The notes below the pieces were generated by a model. The model did no database searches. It had not been told where the DNA came from and was given only the letters and a program-made list of their open reading frames with translations. This document shows, in pieces, positions 53,101 to 64,000 of a stretch of 64,000 bases of DNA (position 1 is its first letter; each line of letters starts with the position of its first letter). The stretch is from NCBI GenBank assembly GCA_032718475.1, contig JAUCBJ010006750.1, positions 75,245 through 139,244 of the forward strand, written 5' to 3'. Both the position numbers and the translations under genes were made by a program. This DNA is from Nemertoderma westbladi (Eukaryota > Animalia > Xenacoelomorpha).

Positions 53101-56100
53101 AGGCGTTTGAGGGGCTCGAGATGATCCCAAAGGCCTGGATGGTCATCCAGTACTCCACCGGTTTCTGGTTGAGGTCTCCTTCCAGCCACCACAGAAATCG
53201 TAGGCTGTCTTGATCCCTATCTAGCGCCTTAACTTGTAAGAACATGCCTTCTATATCGGAGGCGAAAGCGATCGAATATTGTCGTAATCTTAAGAGTATT
53301 CCCAACAAGGATTGGAGTAAGTTGGGTCCCGGCAACAACTCCAAGTTAAGTGATTGGCCCATGTAGTGGGCGGAGCCGTCAAATACTACCCGAACTTCGT
53401 TGGGTTTACCGGGTTTGGGAACGTAATGATGGACTGATAGTACGTTCTCTCAGTTATGGGTGTTTCTTCCGGTACTCGCTCCGCATATCTTTTATTTATG
53501 AATTTCTTCAGCTGTGTCTTGTACATCTCTTTAGCTGAAGCATTTGCCGTAAGGCGTCGATGTAATTGCGCGATTCTTTTCTCCGCCAAGGGTCGGTTGT
53601 TTATAAATTTAGGTTCTTGCTTTCGAAATGGCAGACCAATTTCATACCTCCCTTAATCTCTAAGGAAACGTGTAGTCATTGCCTGGATCTGCTTGGCTCT
53701 TTCTTCTTCTACCAATAGGGCCTTATCGTAGGAATTGGGCTCTGCAGCCTCTTGAGTAAAGAATCGTACGGCGTGTTCATCGCGAGTCTTCACGTTGTAA
53801 CGATCTATCACTTCATTCAGTTCGTCGTTGTAATTGACTTGTCCCGCTGGATGGATGAGGTGACATAGGTTCACTTGGTTTTGCCAAGTTTCATTTTCCG
53901 TAAGGAGGTCGATGGTATTCTCCTCGTCAAATAGTTGGTGGATATCGTCATTATCTGAGGAGTATGGTGTTCCCTCAGGTGTGTCGTTTCCCTCACTGAT
54001 CTCCTCTTCCCATTCACCCACCTGGTAGACCCGTTCTTTTGGTAGCCTTTCCATGAGAGTTCTACGGGAAGGTCCAGTAAAGTACCAACCCACTCTAGTT
54101 CTTCCCGCATAGGTTTGCAGTGGTTGCGGTTGAGCAGGCCGTTTCTCCAATGTCTCAAGCGCTTCATGCGCATTTTGGCCGATGAGTATTTGTACTCCAG
54201 GGTAGTCTGTGTTGAATCTAGGTATCTCATGCTGCTGGATGAAATCGTCCTCATCCCAGTTATAAGGTTCCACTTGGATGGTAGCGAAGTTCTTTATCGC
54301 CACCATCTTTACTGACCTTATACTGTGTTCTCCTAGTTCATCCTGGGGGGTGGACAACGCGCCTACATAGTAGTCGGTAGTTACTGTAGATTTCCAAACC
54401 TGCATAATTCCTGAAAGGTTCAACTTAGTTCGGAACTTGGGTTGTCCAGCAAAAATGTCTTCGGCTAGTTCTTTGTCGATGAATGTTCCTGTGCTGCCGG
54501 AGTCAAGGAGGGCGTTCACTATATAGCTCTTTTCTGACCCGTGGACTCTCAACTGCGCTACGGGAAATTCTCGGATTCCTACGTTTGAAGTTGGTGCTTT
54601 CCAAGATGGTTGTCAGTCAGGAATAGTTAGGGGGAGCTCACTATCAGTTTCAGTATCATATGTAAGTGCTCGATACACTGCGGTGTTTATTAGGTAACAG
54701 GATTCGTTTTTGTCGGAGAATTCATCCGTGTAGAATCCTTCCATCTCAGAACTTTGGTCAGTGTCGTTCACATGACTGAATTGGACATGTAGTTCGGGTT
54801 CACTTACCTGACTCGGGCTGTTTCTTTCGAATTCGGTGTGCAGCAAGATATGATGTTTCGCGCCGCACTTAGCACACCTAGCATCTGAGTAACAGGTTCG
54901 CCGTTGGTGTCCTCGTCTGAGACAATTATAACACAACCGCTTATCCCACATGACATCACGTCTATCCTTTAGGGATTTCTTTAAGAATTCATCACACCCA
55001 CTCAAGCGATGGGGCCCGTCACACAATACACATTTGGGCTTGATGTTACTTACTTTAACCTGTGCTGTGTGGTGCACACTTGTTCTTTCCTCGGGCTTTC
55101 TTCCATGAATTCTTTTAAGAGACGTAGGAGAAGTTGTTGTTACCTGTTCTCTCCTGTCACTGGTTCGAGACTTAAATTTACTTACGTCCTTTGGTGTTTT
55201 GTTGACATAATAAGATCTTTTGGTGTCTTTCCCGCTGTTCTCCTCGTGGGAGGTTTGGCTTTTGCCGTCGTCTGTATAACACACTGGTGTTACCTTTCTC
55301 CTAGAAACGGAATTTTCACTTACCTCACTTTCAGGAGTCTTCTCTCTAGACTGTTTTAGGAGTTGTAATCTTACCTCTCGGTTTAAGAATGACAGAAGGT
55401 CCGTCATGGTTGGATCTCTATGTTGTTGGTCCATCAAATAGAGAACCTTTTTGTCCCAGCGAGTACCTACTTCACTCTTTGGCAAAGCTGATGCTAAGGC
55501 TCCTACAACCATAGAATTCTGGTATTCATGAGACTTACCCAACCAGTCTAATTGTCTACAGATCTCCTGAATCTCATCGGAAAACTCTATAATCCGGCTG
55601 CTAAGGAACTTTCGGGGCGCTACTAATTTCGCATACAAATACCTAGCTATGTTTGTCCTATTACCATACCTGATGTTTAGTGTATCCCAAACTTGTCGCA
55701 ATCCATCTGGATGTCCAATAAACTTTAACGCCATTAACTTGGGATGTCCTTCCAAACACTCGATGAGGAATCTAAGTTTCTCTCCGTTAGATAATACAGA
55801 GTTCTGTATGTTATCTTTATAATATTCATTAAAAGGTAACCATTTCATCTCATCTCCATTGAACTTGACGATCTCTCCCACTTTTACCGCTTGACGGGCT
55901 TCGGTTCTAGCCATTTGACGCGTAAAACTTTCTTGGGCCATCGTGTTATTTAATATCGAGTTATCGGTATATAAATTTCTCGGATTATGATCAAGTCTAT
56001 ATGGAATATCATTGTCAACAGGTTTATCGTTACCCTTAATGGGGTTTACTATAGGAGGTTCTACTTTACTAGCAGTATAGATGCGTGTAGGCTCCACACC

Positions 56101-58361
56101 TTGCGCATGAAATACTTCAGACCTAACAGGTTGACACATTGTTACAGGGGGTGGTGGTATACCCTTTTGTATATTTACTAATGTATCACGTTCTAACGCG
56201 ATATTCTGCTGCACTTCTTGCAACTCTAACCTACTTTCCCTTACTGTTCCCTTGAACTGTTGAACAGTCTCCTGCATCTGCCCGAGCAGGAGATTCATCC
56301 CCCGCCGCCCCTCATCCACCCACTCGACCGCCGAAGAGGGAGCCGCCAACGCGGGTAGACGAGGGACAACGGGCGACAAATCGGTGATATCTCGCTTGGA
56401 GTCCAGGACAGGAACTGTCTCAGGGGCTGTTCTGCTGGGCACAGGTAGTTTAGTGCTGTGCAAAGGGAATTTAGAGTTGGGTTCTGGAAGTACAGGGGTC
56501 TCTATCACAGAGGGGGTGGCTTCGAGAACAGGCCTAATTATTTCAGGCTCATCTACTATAGTAGGGAGTCTTTTTACTCTAATAATTTGGTCTGTGGGTT
56601 CTGTACTACCTAAGTCCGTGCTAGCTAGCTGCCTTCTCACAGCTGGGGGCAAATCAGGCAATTTCTGACGGTGGGGCATTCTTCTAGGCCTGCTGGGACG
56701 AGATCTATTTCCTCCGCCTTCAAGATCTGTTATATCGCCTTCATCCGATGATGTAAAGCCCTGTCGCTTGGGAGTAGATTGACTTATCATCTGCATCTGA
56801 CCAGCTGTTATCTGTTTATCTATGTAGTCTTGCTTCTCTTGAAGATTTTCCAACTCTAGTTGGGTGATCTCTTCAGACGCCCTCCGTTCTGCTTCTGCCA
56901 CTGCTATCTTTCTTTCCGCTTCTGCCGCTTTTCTTTCCGCTTCTGCCGCTGCCATTGCCGCTTTTCTTTCCACTTCTGCCGCTTTTCTTTCCACTTCTGC
57001 CGCTTTTCTTTCTGCTTCTGCCGCTGCCTCTGCCACTTTTCTTTCCACTTCTGCCGCTTTTCTTTCCGCTTCTGCCGCTGCTACTGCCGCTGCTGCTGTC
57101 TTTCTGTCTTCTATACGTTTTTTCTTTACTTGTTCTTCTTGGACACTAGCGATGCAGCTGCTTTCATCAAATTTAGCTTGGTTCGCAGCTAACATTTCCG
57201 CATCTAATGCGTCCAACACAAACTTGGCTCCTTCCCTATTAGGGCGAAGTCCAGCCAGCCGTCTCCTCAACTCTTCGTCTCCTATAAATCGTTGATAGTC
57301 CGACAGATAGATGTCAATAGCATCCTTCTTCTGAGGTTTCTCTAATGTAACCTCGCTTTCCACTTGAGAAAAGGCAGCGTCTGTTGATTCTCCATGGGTT
57401 GAGCGCTCAGTTAGCTGAATTTTCCACTGGGTCGTTCCTTGAACCTTGAGACTCACCCGTTGGAACCAAGTCTTGACGGCAACTTGCAACGACGTGTCTT
57501 GGGTTCTCTTCGAAGCTTCCTCAAAGGCTGATAGGAGGAGTCTGATTCTTAGGATTCTTACTCGAACTTGATAAAGCAGCTCTCCCTGCTCTTGAGGTCC
57601 TTGGTGTTGTTGAAACAGTTGTTCCTCTAATCGCTCCAAAGAGCTGAAGAATCCCTGTACATATCCTGCTGCCGACCTCTTCCACACAGCTGGATCACTA
57701 GTGTCCTTTGTCACTCCATCCTGTATAAGTCCTCCCAGGCAGCTTCCGATAAGTTAAACGGGAGTCCGGGTCCGGGGAAGTTCCATTGCGTCTCGACAAT
57801 AGTCTTCAGTTCCTCCCTTGTGTATCCCGCATAACTGTCCTTGGTCGATCGCTTACTTCTCGCCCAATCGATTTGGTGTTCCTCCACCGCAATCAATACC
57901 CTAGTGAGTACAGCTGCAGGAAGAATGAGAAGTGGATCCGAATAAACCGCATCTGCCATCCTTGCTCCGCTACTACTACTACTAGGATCGGCATGCTGCA
58001 TTGCAGCTGCATTTTTAAGAATGCTGTGCCGGCTTGTCAACAAAATTGCTCCGCGCTCGGGTGTCAACTCTACAGTATCTGAACTACTGGAGCTATCGGG
58101 CCGCTGAGAAATAAGTTCTCGGCTCGGGTGTTGCTGTTGTTTAACAGCTGCCTCTTGGTCCCGCTTGACTTGAGCCCGAGTGCCTCTGATAGACCTACGG
58201 TGTTTGACTAGCCTAGGGTCTGATACTACTACTGGAGGGATGACCTTTCTTACAGTAGGAGGTGAGTTGAACTTCGGTCTCAAACGTTCCGCACTCCTAT
58301 CTGGATCACAGATGGTTGTATCTAGGAGACTGTCTGACAGGTTTTGCTTTGTGTCAGACAT
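50136..58361 (-). pseudogene. Element C gag-pol polyprotein (BEL/Pao), about a dozen stops and frameshifts
   Basis: ATG at 58361 (MSDT, as in B); frameshift ~57714; 1033-aa gag with AAEAERK coiled-coil and three Cys/His fingers; protease ALLDSGS; RT SDIEGMFLQV and YMDD; RNase H HVFGDAS; integrase DLFGP, SDKGTNF and ALTPAHFL. Confidence 0.97.
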
Positions 58362-58959
58362 GTTTGTTTGTACAGTCGAATGCCTACTGATGTAACTACA
58401 GTTAAAGCAAGTCTAGTAATTCAGTATCAACCGTTAGCCTAGTAATTAATTACCGATATCGTTACTCTATGTAACGTGATATATATACAATATATTAGAA
58501 TACCGGTATACACTTATAGTATATATATAAGTATTATTACAGACTAGGTTTGTCACAGAATACCGGTATATAATTTCAGCACAAATATATATATATAATA
58601 AGCCTATCGGGAATACCGGTATACAGCATACACTTATAGTATATATAAATATAAGTATAATTATAGACTAGAATTAATTACAGAATACCGGTATATAATT
58701 TCAGCTTAAATTTATAGAATAAATATATATATATAAATGAATGAATATATATATAAGTAAACCTACTATTTTATAAATCGGTTTGAGTTGATTTATAATA
58801 TATATATACCCGTTTAATGGGTTTTGTCAATATTTGAAATAAATGTTATTATTTCTAGGTAAGAAGTCACTTCACAAAAGCTGAACGCTCTCAGTGGAGT
58901 GCTACTTATTGGACACTAAAACAAATAATTCTAATTTACTAAGTTACTTATTACTACAA

Positions 58960-59980
58960 ATTATGTACAATTGCGGGGTGAGATTACAATCTCTAAATAA
59001 ACACAAAAATTACACGTACAAATTTTAGGGGTAATTTTACAGGAAATCTACAAACCAGCCTAACAAGGGGTTAGAATTTCTGGTTATTACAAACGGACAG
59101 GATACTACGGTATTTGAAAATAATTAAGCAGTAGTAAATATATTGCGTTGTCTAGATAAGAAAATACCACCGTCTGACGACTTATAGTCTCTAGCTTTAC
59201 AGCTCTATAAGTACTACGTTATGTACCCGGTGTGTTCCTACCTAGAAGTTAATTACCGCAGCCAACCATAGCTAACGTGCCTATTAACCACTTTACAACA
59301 CAAATATACTGCCTACACGCTAATTACCTTCGGAAAGCACTGTACACTAAACCCTAAATTAGGTACAAGTACTTATACAATAAATAACCAGCAGTTAAAA
59401 ATACTTGTACAGCTAAAAGAACCATGGTATCTGCCGGAGTGACCAAAGCATAAAATCTCCAGTCTTTACCTACAAATTACTTACGATACGGGTGAGATTA
59501 AATCTCTAATTAAACACAACAAAATATTACGTACGAAATTTTTTTAGGGTAATTTTACAGGAAGTCTACAAACCAGCCTAACAAAGGGTTAGAATTCTGG
59601 TTATTACAACGGACAGGGTACTACGGTATTTAAAAATAATAAGTAGTAGTAAATATATTGCACTGTCCAGATAGGAAAATACCACCGCCTGACGACCTAT
59701 AGCCGTATCGCTATAGGTACTACGTTATGTATCACGGAGTGTTCCTACCTAGAAGTTAATTACCGCGGACTACCAGATCCAACGTGCCTATTAACCACTT
59801 TACAACACAAATATACTGCCTACACGCTAATTACCTTCGGAAAGCACTGTACACTAAACCCTAAATTAGGTACAAGTACTTATACAATAAATAACCAGCA
59901 GTTAAAAATACTTGTACAGCTAAAAGAACCACGGTATCTGCCGGAGTGACCAAAGCATAAAATCTCCAGTGTTTACCTAC
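58960..59980. repeat. ~510-bp diverged tandem duplication in the 5' leader of element C
   Basis: GGGTGAGATTA...AAATCTCCAGT.TTTACCTAC at ~58977-59473 and ~59490-59980; single copy in B (~35925-36420). Confidence 0.9.
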
Positions 59981-60664
59981 GCCGAACAGCCCTGATGTAG
60001 TACCGGGGTTAATTTATCTATAACGGTATGTATAACAAGCACAATTACTGTAGGAATAAACTTGGGGGTATGTATGTTGCGAATAATCGCATAAACTCTG
60101 AATAATAAATATTACGCTACCCATACAGACTACACAAACAAAATACAAACCAAATGCTGGCAGACTACTATCAAGCCTAATTAAACTACAGTATATGCAG
60201 ACTCCGAAATGGTTAGTTAGTATGCGTTCTAACCGAGTAGTACGACTTATTCTTTCGGGGGGGATTCACCTTACAGCACTGGATGCCCCCACGTTCCTAA
60301 CTAGTACTTTATCGGACATACACTCTACACACACTGCAATCTCTTCAGACCTGACAACAGCCAGACAACAATACAGCCTACAAATTATCTGTACAATCTG
60401 AGCAGGCTTACACGCCTTCTGCTCAATATTAACTTCCAAATAAATAAAACTGCCAGAAATAAATAAGCTCCAAAAGAAACAAGGGGTGTACTGTACAGTC
60501 CCTAATCTCTTAAACAGCCTACCAATATACAATATCACAATCGAAATAATACTAGTACCTGTACTGCTGTAAGTACCGGTTCGGGTGGTTAGGCAGTCAG
60601 GCCTACAGGTTACCAGTCGACCGGTACTTTTGCCTTTATTGCCTACGTTGCAATAAAGAAGAAT

Positions 60665-61594
60665 AACTGTTAATGTTTCCCGAAAGTGAATAATATTTGT
60701 CAGAGATATTATAGTAACGAGCAATCGAATAATACAGTAGGTCTACACCGCAATAAGGTCAGAGCATACGAATCCAGTCTCCCTTAACCGTGGGTGAATG
60801 GTCGCGCATAGGCTGGCTTCGGCTAATGTAACTTTATGTGTATCAATATCAATGCACAATTCATACCACACACGGTACATACCATATCATACTATACATA
60901 CCTTTCACCGCATTATTTTACTGCTATTTACTGTCGGTTATTAATTGTTATCAGTTGATGAATCTGTTGTTATATTTGGAGAATATCGATAAATAATCAT
61001 AAAACCCCAATCTTCTTGATATACTGAAGGTAAGAGGGACCCGTTACATATAGCAATTGCGACTTACATTATAGTGGTTTTGGAGTGAATTGAATGCTAT
61101 TTCATAGACCCTACATGTGTCAGTTGCTGTTCTCCTTATATATGACTAAAATTAGCGAAGGTCGGCAGGTCAGTGTGCAGCAGTGTGCGGTAGTGTGCAT
61201 GAGTGTGACAGATAACAAAGCATTTCCTAAAGAATGCGCTTTATACGAAAATCAATAGCCATCCCGTTGTGTTTAGTGTAAGTCATAACTCTGTTTACAT
61301 ACTTAGAGCGCCGCGTCCTAAAGGAACTGTTAATATTTCCCGAAAGTGAATAATATTTGTCAGAGATATTATAGTAACGAACAATCGAATAATACAGTAG
61401 GTCTACACCGCAATAAGGTCAGAGCATACGAATCCAGTCTCCCTTAACCGTGGGTGAATGGTCGAGCATAGGCTGGCTTCGGCTAATGTAACTTTATGTG
61501 TATCAAATACTTGTTATAGGCTAAAGTCGATTTATAAACTAGAAGACACCTAAAATTGGCAGGTTAAACTGCTAAAGGTCTAAAAGCGCGAACA
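60665..61594 (+). repeat. Inverted LTR fragments of a sister element inside the leader of C
   Basis: 60665-60846 duplicates 61325-61506. 60847-61594 is the 3' ~750 bp of a family LTR ending GCGCGAACA. A perfect 52-bp inverted repeat links 61543-61594 and 61665-61716. Confidence 0.92.
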
Positions 61595-61626
61595 ATAACT
61601 ATTACAACTTACTATACGACTAATTC

Positions 61627-61664
61627 GCACATATTAGCTAAATATGTGCTATTAAAACTATTAA
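61627..61664 (-). promoter_or_regulatory. Non-canonical primer-binding site plus leader hairpin of element C
   Basis: Minus-strand TTAATAGTTTTA right after the LTR's CA is complementary to TAAAACTATTAA in the LTR (62405-62394). Hairpin GCACATATT-N5-AATATGTGC at 61627-61649. Function is inferred. Confidence 0.65.
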
Positions 61665-62823
61665 TGTTCGCGCTTTTAGACCTTTAGCAGTTTAACCTGC
61701 CAATTTTAGGTGTCTTTTTGTATATCAATTATTTAATGTACTGAAGGTACATCAGCCAGAGCCAGCCTGTGCGCGACCATTCACCCACAGTTAAGGGAGA
61801 CTGGATTCGGATGCTTTGATAGTGATTGCAGTGTAGACCTACTGTATCATTCGATTGATCATTAATATATAATCTCTGACAATATACTTACTTTCGGGGA
61901 AATATTAACAGTTCCTTTAGGACGTGGCGCTTTAAGTATAAAACAGAGTTATGACTTATACTAATCACAACTGGATGGCTACTGAGTTTCGTAAAAGGCG
62001 CATTCTTTAGGAGATGCTTTATTAACCTTCACACTACTTCACACGACTTCACACTACTTCACACTACTGCGCACTGATCTGCCGACCGTCACTGAATTTG
62101 ATTATATATAAGGAGGATCGCAACTGACACATGTAGGGATTATGAAATAGCATTCAATTCACACAAAAACCACTATAATGTAAGTCGCAGTTGCTACCGG
62201 TAAACCTGTTCCTCTAACCTTTAGTAATCAAAGAGATTGAGGGTTTTATGATTATTCATCGATATTCTCCAAATATATCAGCAATATATACTAACATAAC
62301 ACCAATTAATAACAGAACCAAATAATGCGGTGAACAGTCAGTATGTGTAGTTGAATCGCGTTGCATAGTGCAGCGGTGTGGCGGTGTGCTGCGTTAATAG
62401 TTTTACGTTCCTTTGATCAAAGCCATCTGATGTTTCTGAGGTTTAGGTCAAAGTCTGAAACTTCCACAGAAGTACAGAAGAATCCCAAGCCGGTGTTCTG
62501 GGCTTGGAAAGATACACACACTGACTGAATTGCGTGAGTTTCTGTAGGTATGGTACAACACAAAGTAAAAATCGCTCTGATTGGTCGAGCGAGCCAAACA
62601 AAGAACAAAGAAAGCTCCACGCTGGCATTAAATCAGCTGACAGATTGCGTCATCTGAGTCATCTTTTAGAGTATTAAGCGAATTGCGGAGAAAATGGCTT
62701 GTTATGTCCGCTAAAGCACACATGCAGACATAGCGGGTAAAAATGGCTTGTTATGTCCGCTAAAACACCTACACAGTATATTGCGGAGTAAAATGGCTTG
62801 TTATATCCGCAAAAGCTTTTACA
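61665..62823 (-). repeat. 5' LTR of element C (1159 bp)
   Basis: Minus strand TGTAAAAGC...GCGCGAACA; CCAAT box near 62578-62586 and a TCAGT initiator-like motif near 62520-62530. Confidence 0.96.
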
Positions 62824-63423
62824 GGCCTGCAGGTTGCAGCGGAAGCAAATACTTCCAATTCTTGAACGCCGATATCTCAGATATTTTTAAACGAAACTTA
62901 TAGTTATTTACATATTTAGAATCGTTGCAATGACAGCTTTACATTGACTCGACTATGGACATTACTGAAGAAGAATAACTGCGGTGCGACTGGTGCAATA
63001 TCGACAAAATTATTTTATTGAATAATTTATTTTAATACATTAATAATAATAATAATAATTATGACTTAACAATAAAACCCTACAGGGGGCCTATTGCACA
63101 ATAAATAAAATACTATATTTACCTTTTCGCGCCTCGATCTTACTTATTTATCTCCCTCGCTGCGTTCAGTCGTTTAATAACAGATATCGGGACGACCGGT
63201 AAATAAACCATTATATTTACCGCACAGTACAATAGATAGTTATTATAATTAACGATATAATGCGTTAACGTTCAAATATTGAAGCTAAGGCTCAGCTCAC
63301 AGACTTCGTGGCTCGCCCCATATTATTGAACTACTTGGACAACTTCGGTTGGTCACAGTCAGTATGGGATAATAATAACAATAACCCATAAAAACATTTT
63401 GAAATTAAATTTTTGAAAAACTT

Positions 63424-63820
63424 CCTTTAAATTTGTCTGTCTGCCTATTTGACAGTTCCAAATTCGCCCGGACGCCCGGACGTCCGGGCACTAGAATGCC
63501 CGGACATCCAAAAATACGGCCAAAATGTCCGGATTTCCGGGCAATATCTCCAAAATATTGTCCGGAATTCTGAAAATCTGGTTGTCCTTTAAACTGTCTG
63601 TCTGCCTATTTGACTGTTCCAAATTCGCCCGGACTTCCGGATGTCCGGACGCCCGGGCACTAGATTGCCCGGACATCAAAAAATACGGCCAAAATGTCCG
63701 GAATTCCGGGCAATTTCTCCAAAATATTGTCCGGAATTCTGAAAATCTGGGTGTCCATTAAACTTGTCCATCTGTCTATTTGACTGTTCCAAGGTCATCC
63801 CGGACGTCCGGATGTCCGGA
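63424..63820. repeat. ~165-bp tandem repeat (about 2.4 copies) rich in CCGG/TCCGGA
   Basis: Units start near 63424, 63586 and 63755 (CC(T/A)TTAAA..TGTCTG.CTATTTGAC.GTTCCAA...), with internal ~9-bp CCGGA periodicity. Confidence 0.88.
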
Positions 63821-64000
63821 TTCATCATCATTCATCATTCAGAGCTCATTCACAATTTCCAGAATTTCCCTTGGCATTATTTGTTTAAAATCAAACATTC
63901 TCTCATCACGGATTAGGGGAGTGAGGTAGTCCACAGGAGATCCATCTTTGTGAGATATAGCTAACATAACATATAACATCATATAATATAACATAACATA

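Larger units (their letters stand above)
45685..62823 (-). mobile_element. BEL/Pao element C: near full length, defective gag-pol, inverted LTR fragments in the leader
   Basis: Paired LTRs at 61665-62823 and 45685-46811; complete domain order gag-PR-RT-RH-IN; 3.3-kb 3' region. Confidence 0.95.

Noticed and set aside
56860-57295. Plus-strand low-complexity ORFs (SASAAFL, FCRFSF, PLLPLFF)
   Set aside because: They are antisense shadows of the gag coiled-coil repeat; the same applies to 27948-28619, 52710-53213 and similar ORFs.
60195-60724. Leader ORFs of element C (152 aa minus, 68 aa plus)
   Set aside because: The longer ORF starts inside the inverted LTR fragment, and B/C differences show no clear synonymous bias.
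62824-63420. MITE or other DNA-transposon fragments right of element C
   Set aside because: Only a vague resemblance; no terminal inverted repeats, TSD or second copy in the window.

Overview
Eukaryotic, probably invertebrate animal, repeat-rich DNA with no intact host gene. Bases 1-20579 are a 63-bp satellite array (~300 monomers, with higher-order blocks), interrupted at 1222-2438 by a 5'-truncated non-LTR retrotransposon with an open RT frame. Bases 22014-62823 are a nest of three BEL/Pao LTR retrotransposons. Element A (22014-34035, minus strand) is 5'-truncated and carries an extra ORF3 that looks like a DEDDy 3'-5' exonuclease plus zinc knuckles. Element B (34036-45684, plus strand) is internally deleted and chimeric. 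Element C (45685-62823, minus strand) has ~99% identical LTRs but a broken gag-pol. B and C belong to one family and sit tail-to-tail. The main observation is that the B/C family has no tRNA-type (TGG...) primer-binding site. Instead, the 11-12 nt directly after the 5' LTR are perfectly complementary to a fixed position inside the element's own LTR, with three compensatory differences between B and C, and are followed by a 9-bp hairpin. This suggests tRNA-independent self-priming in a BEL/Pao lineage. All comparisons were made by eye; no database searches were run.
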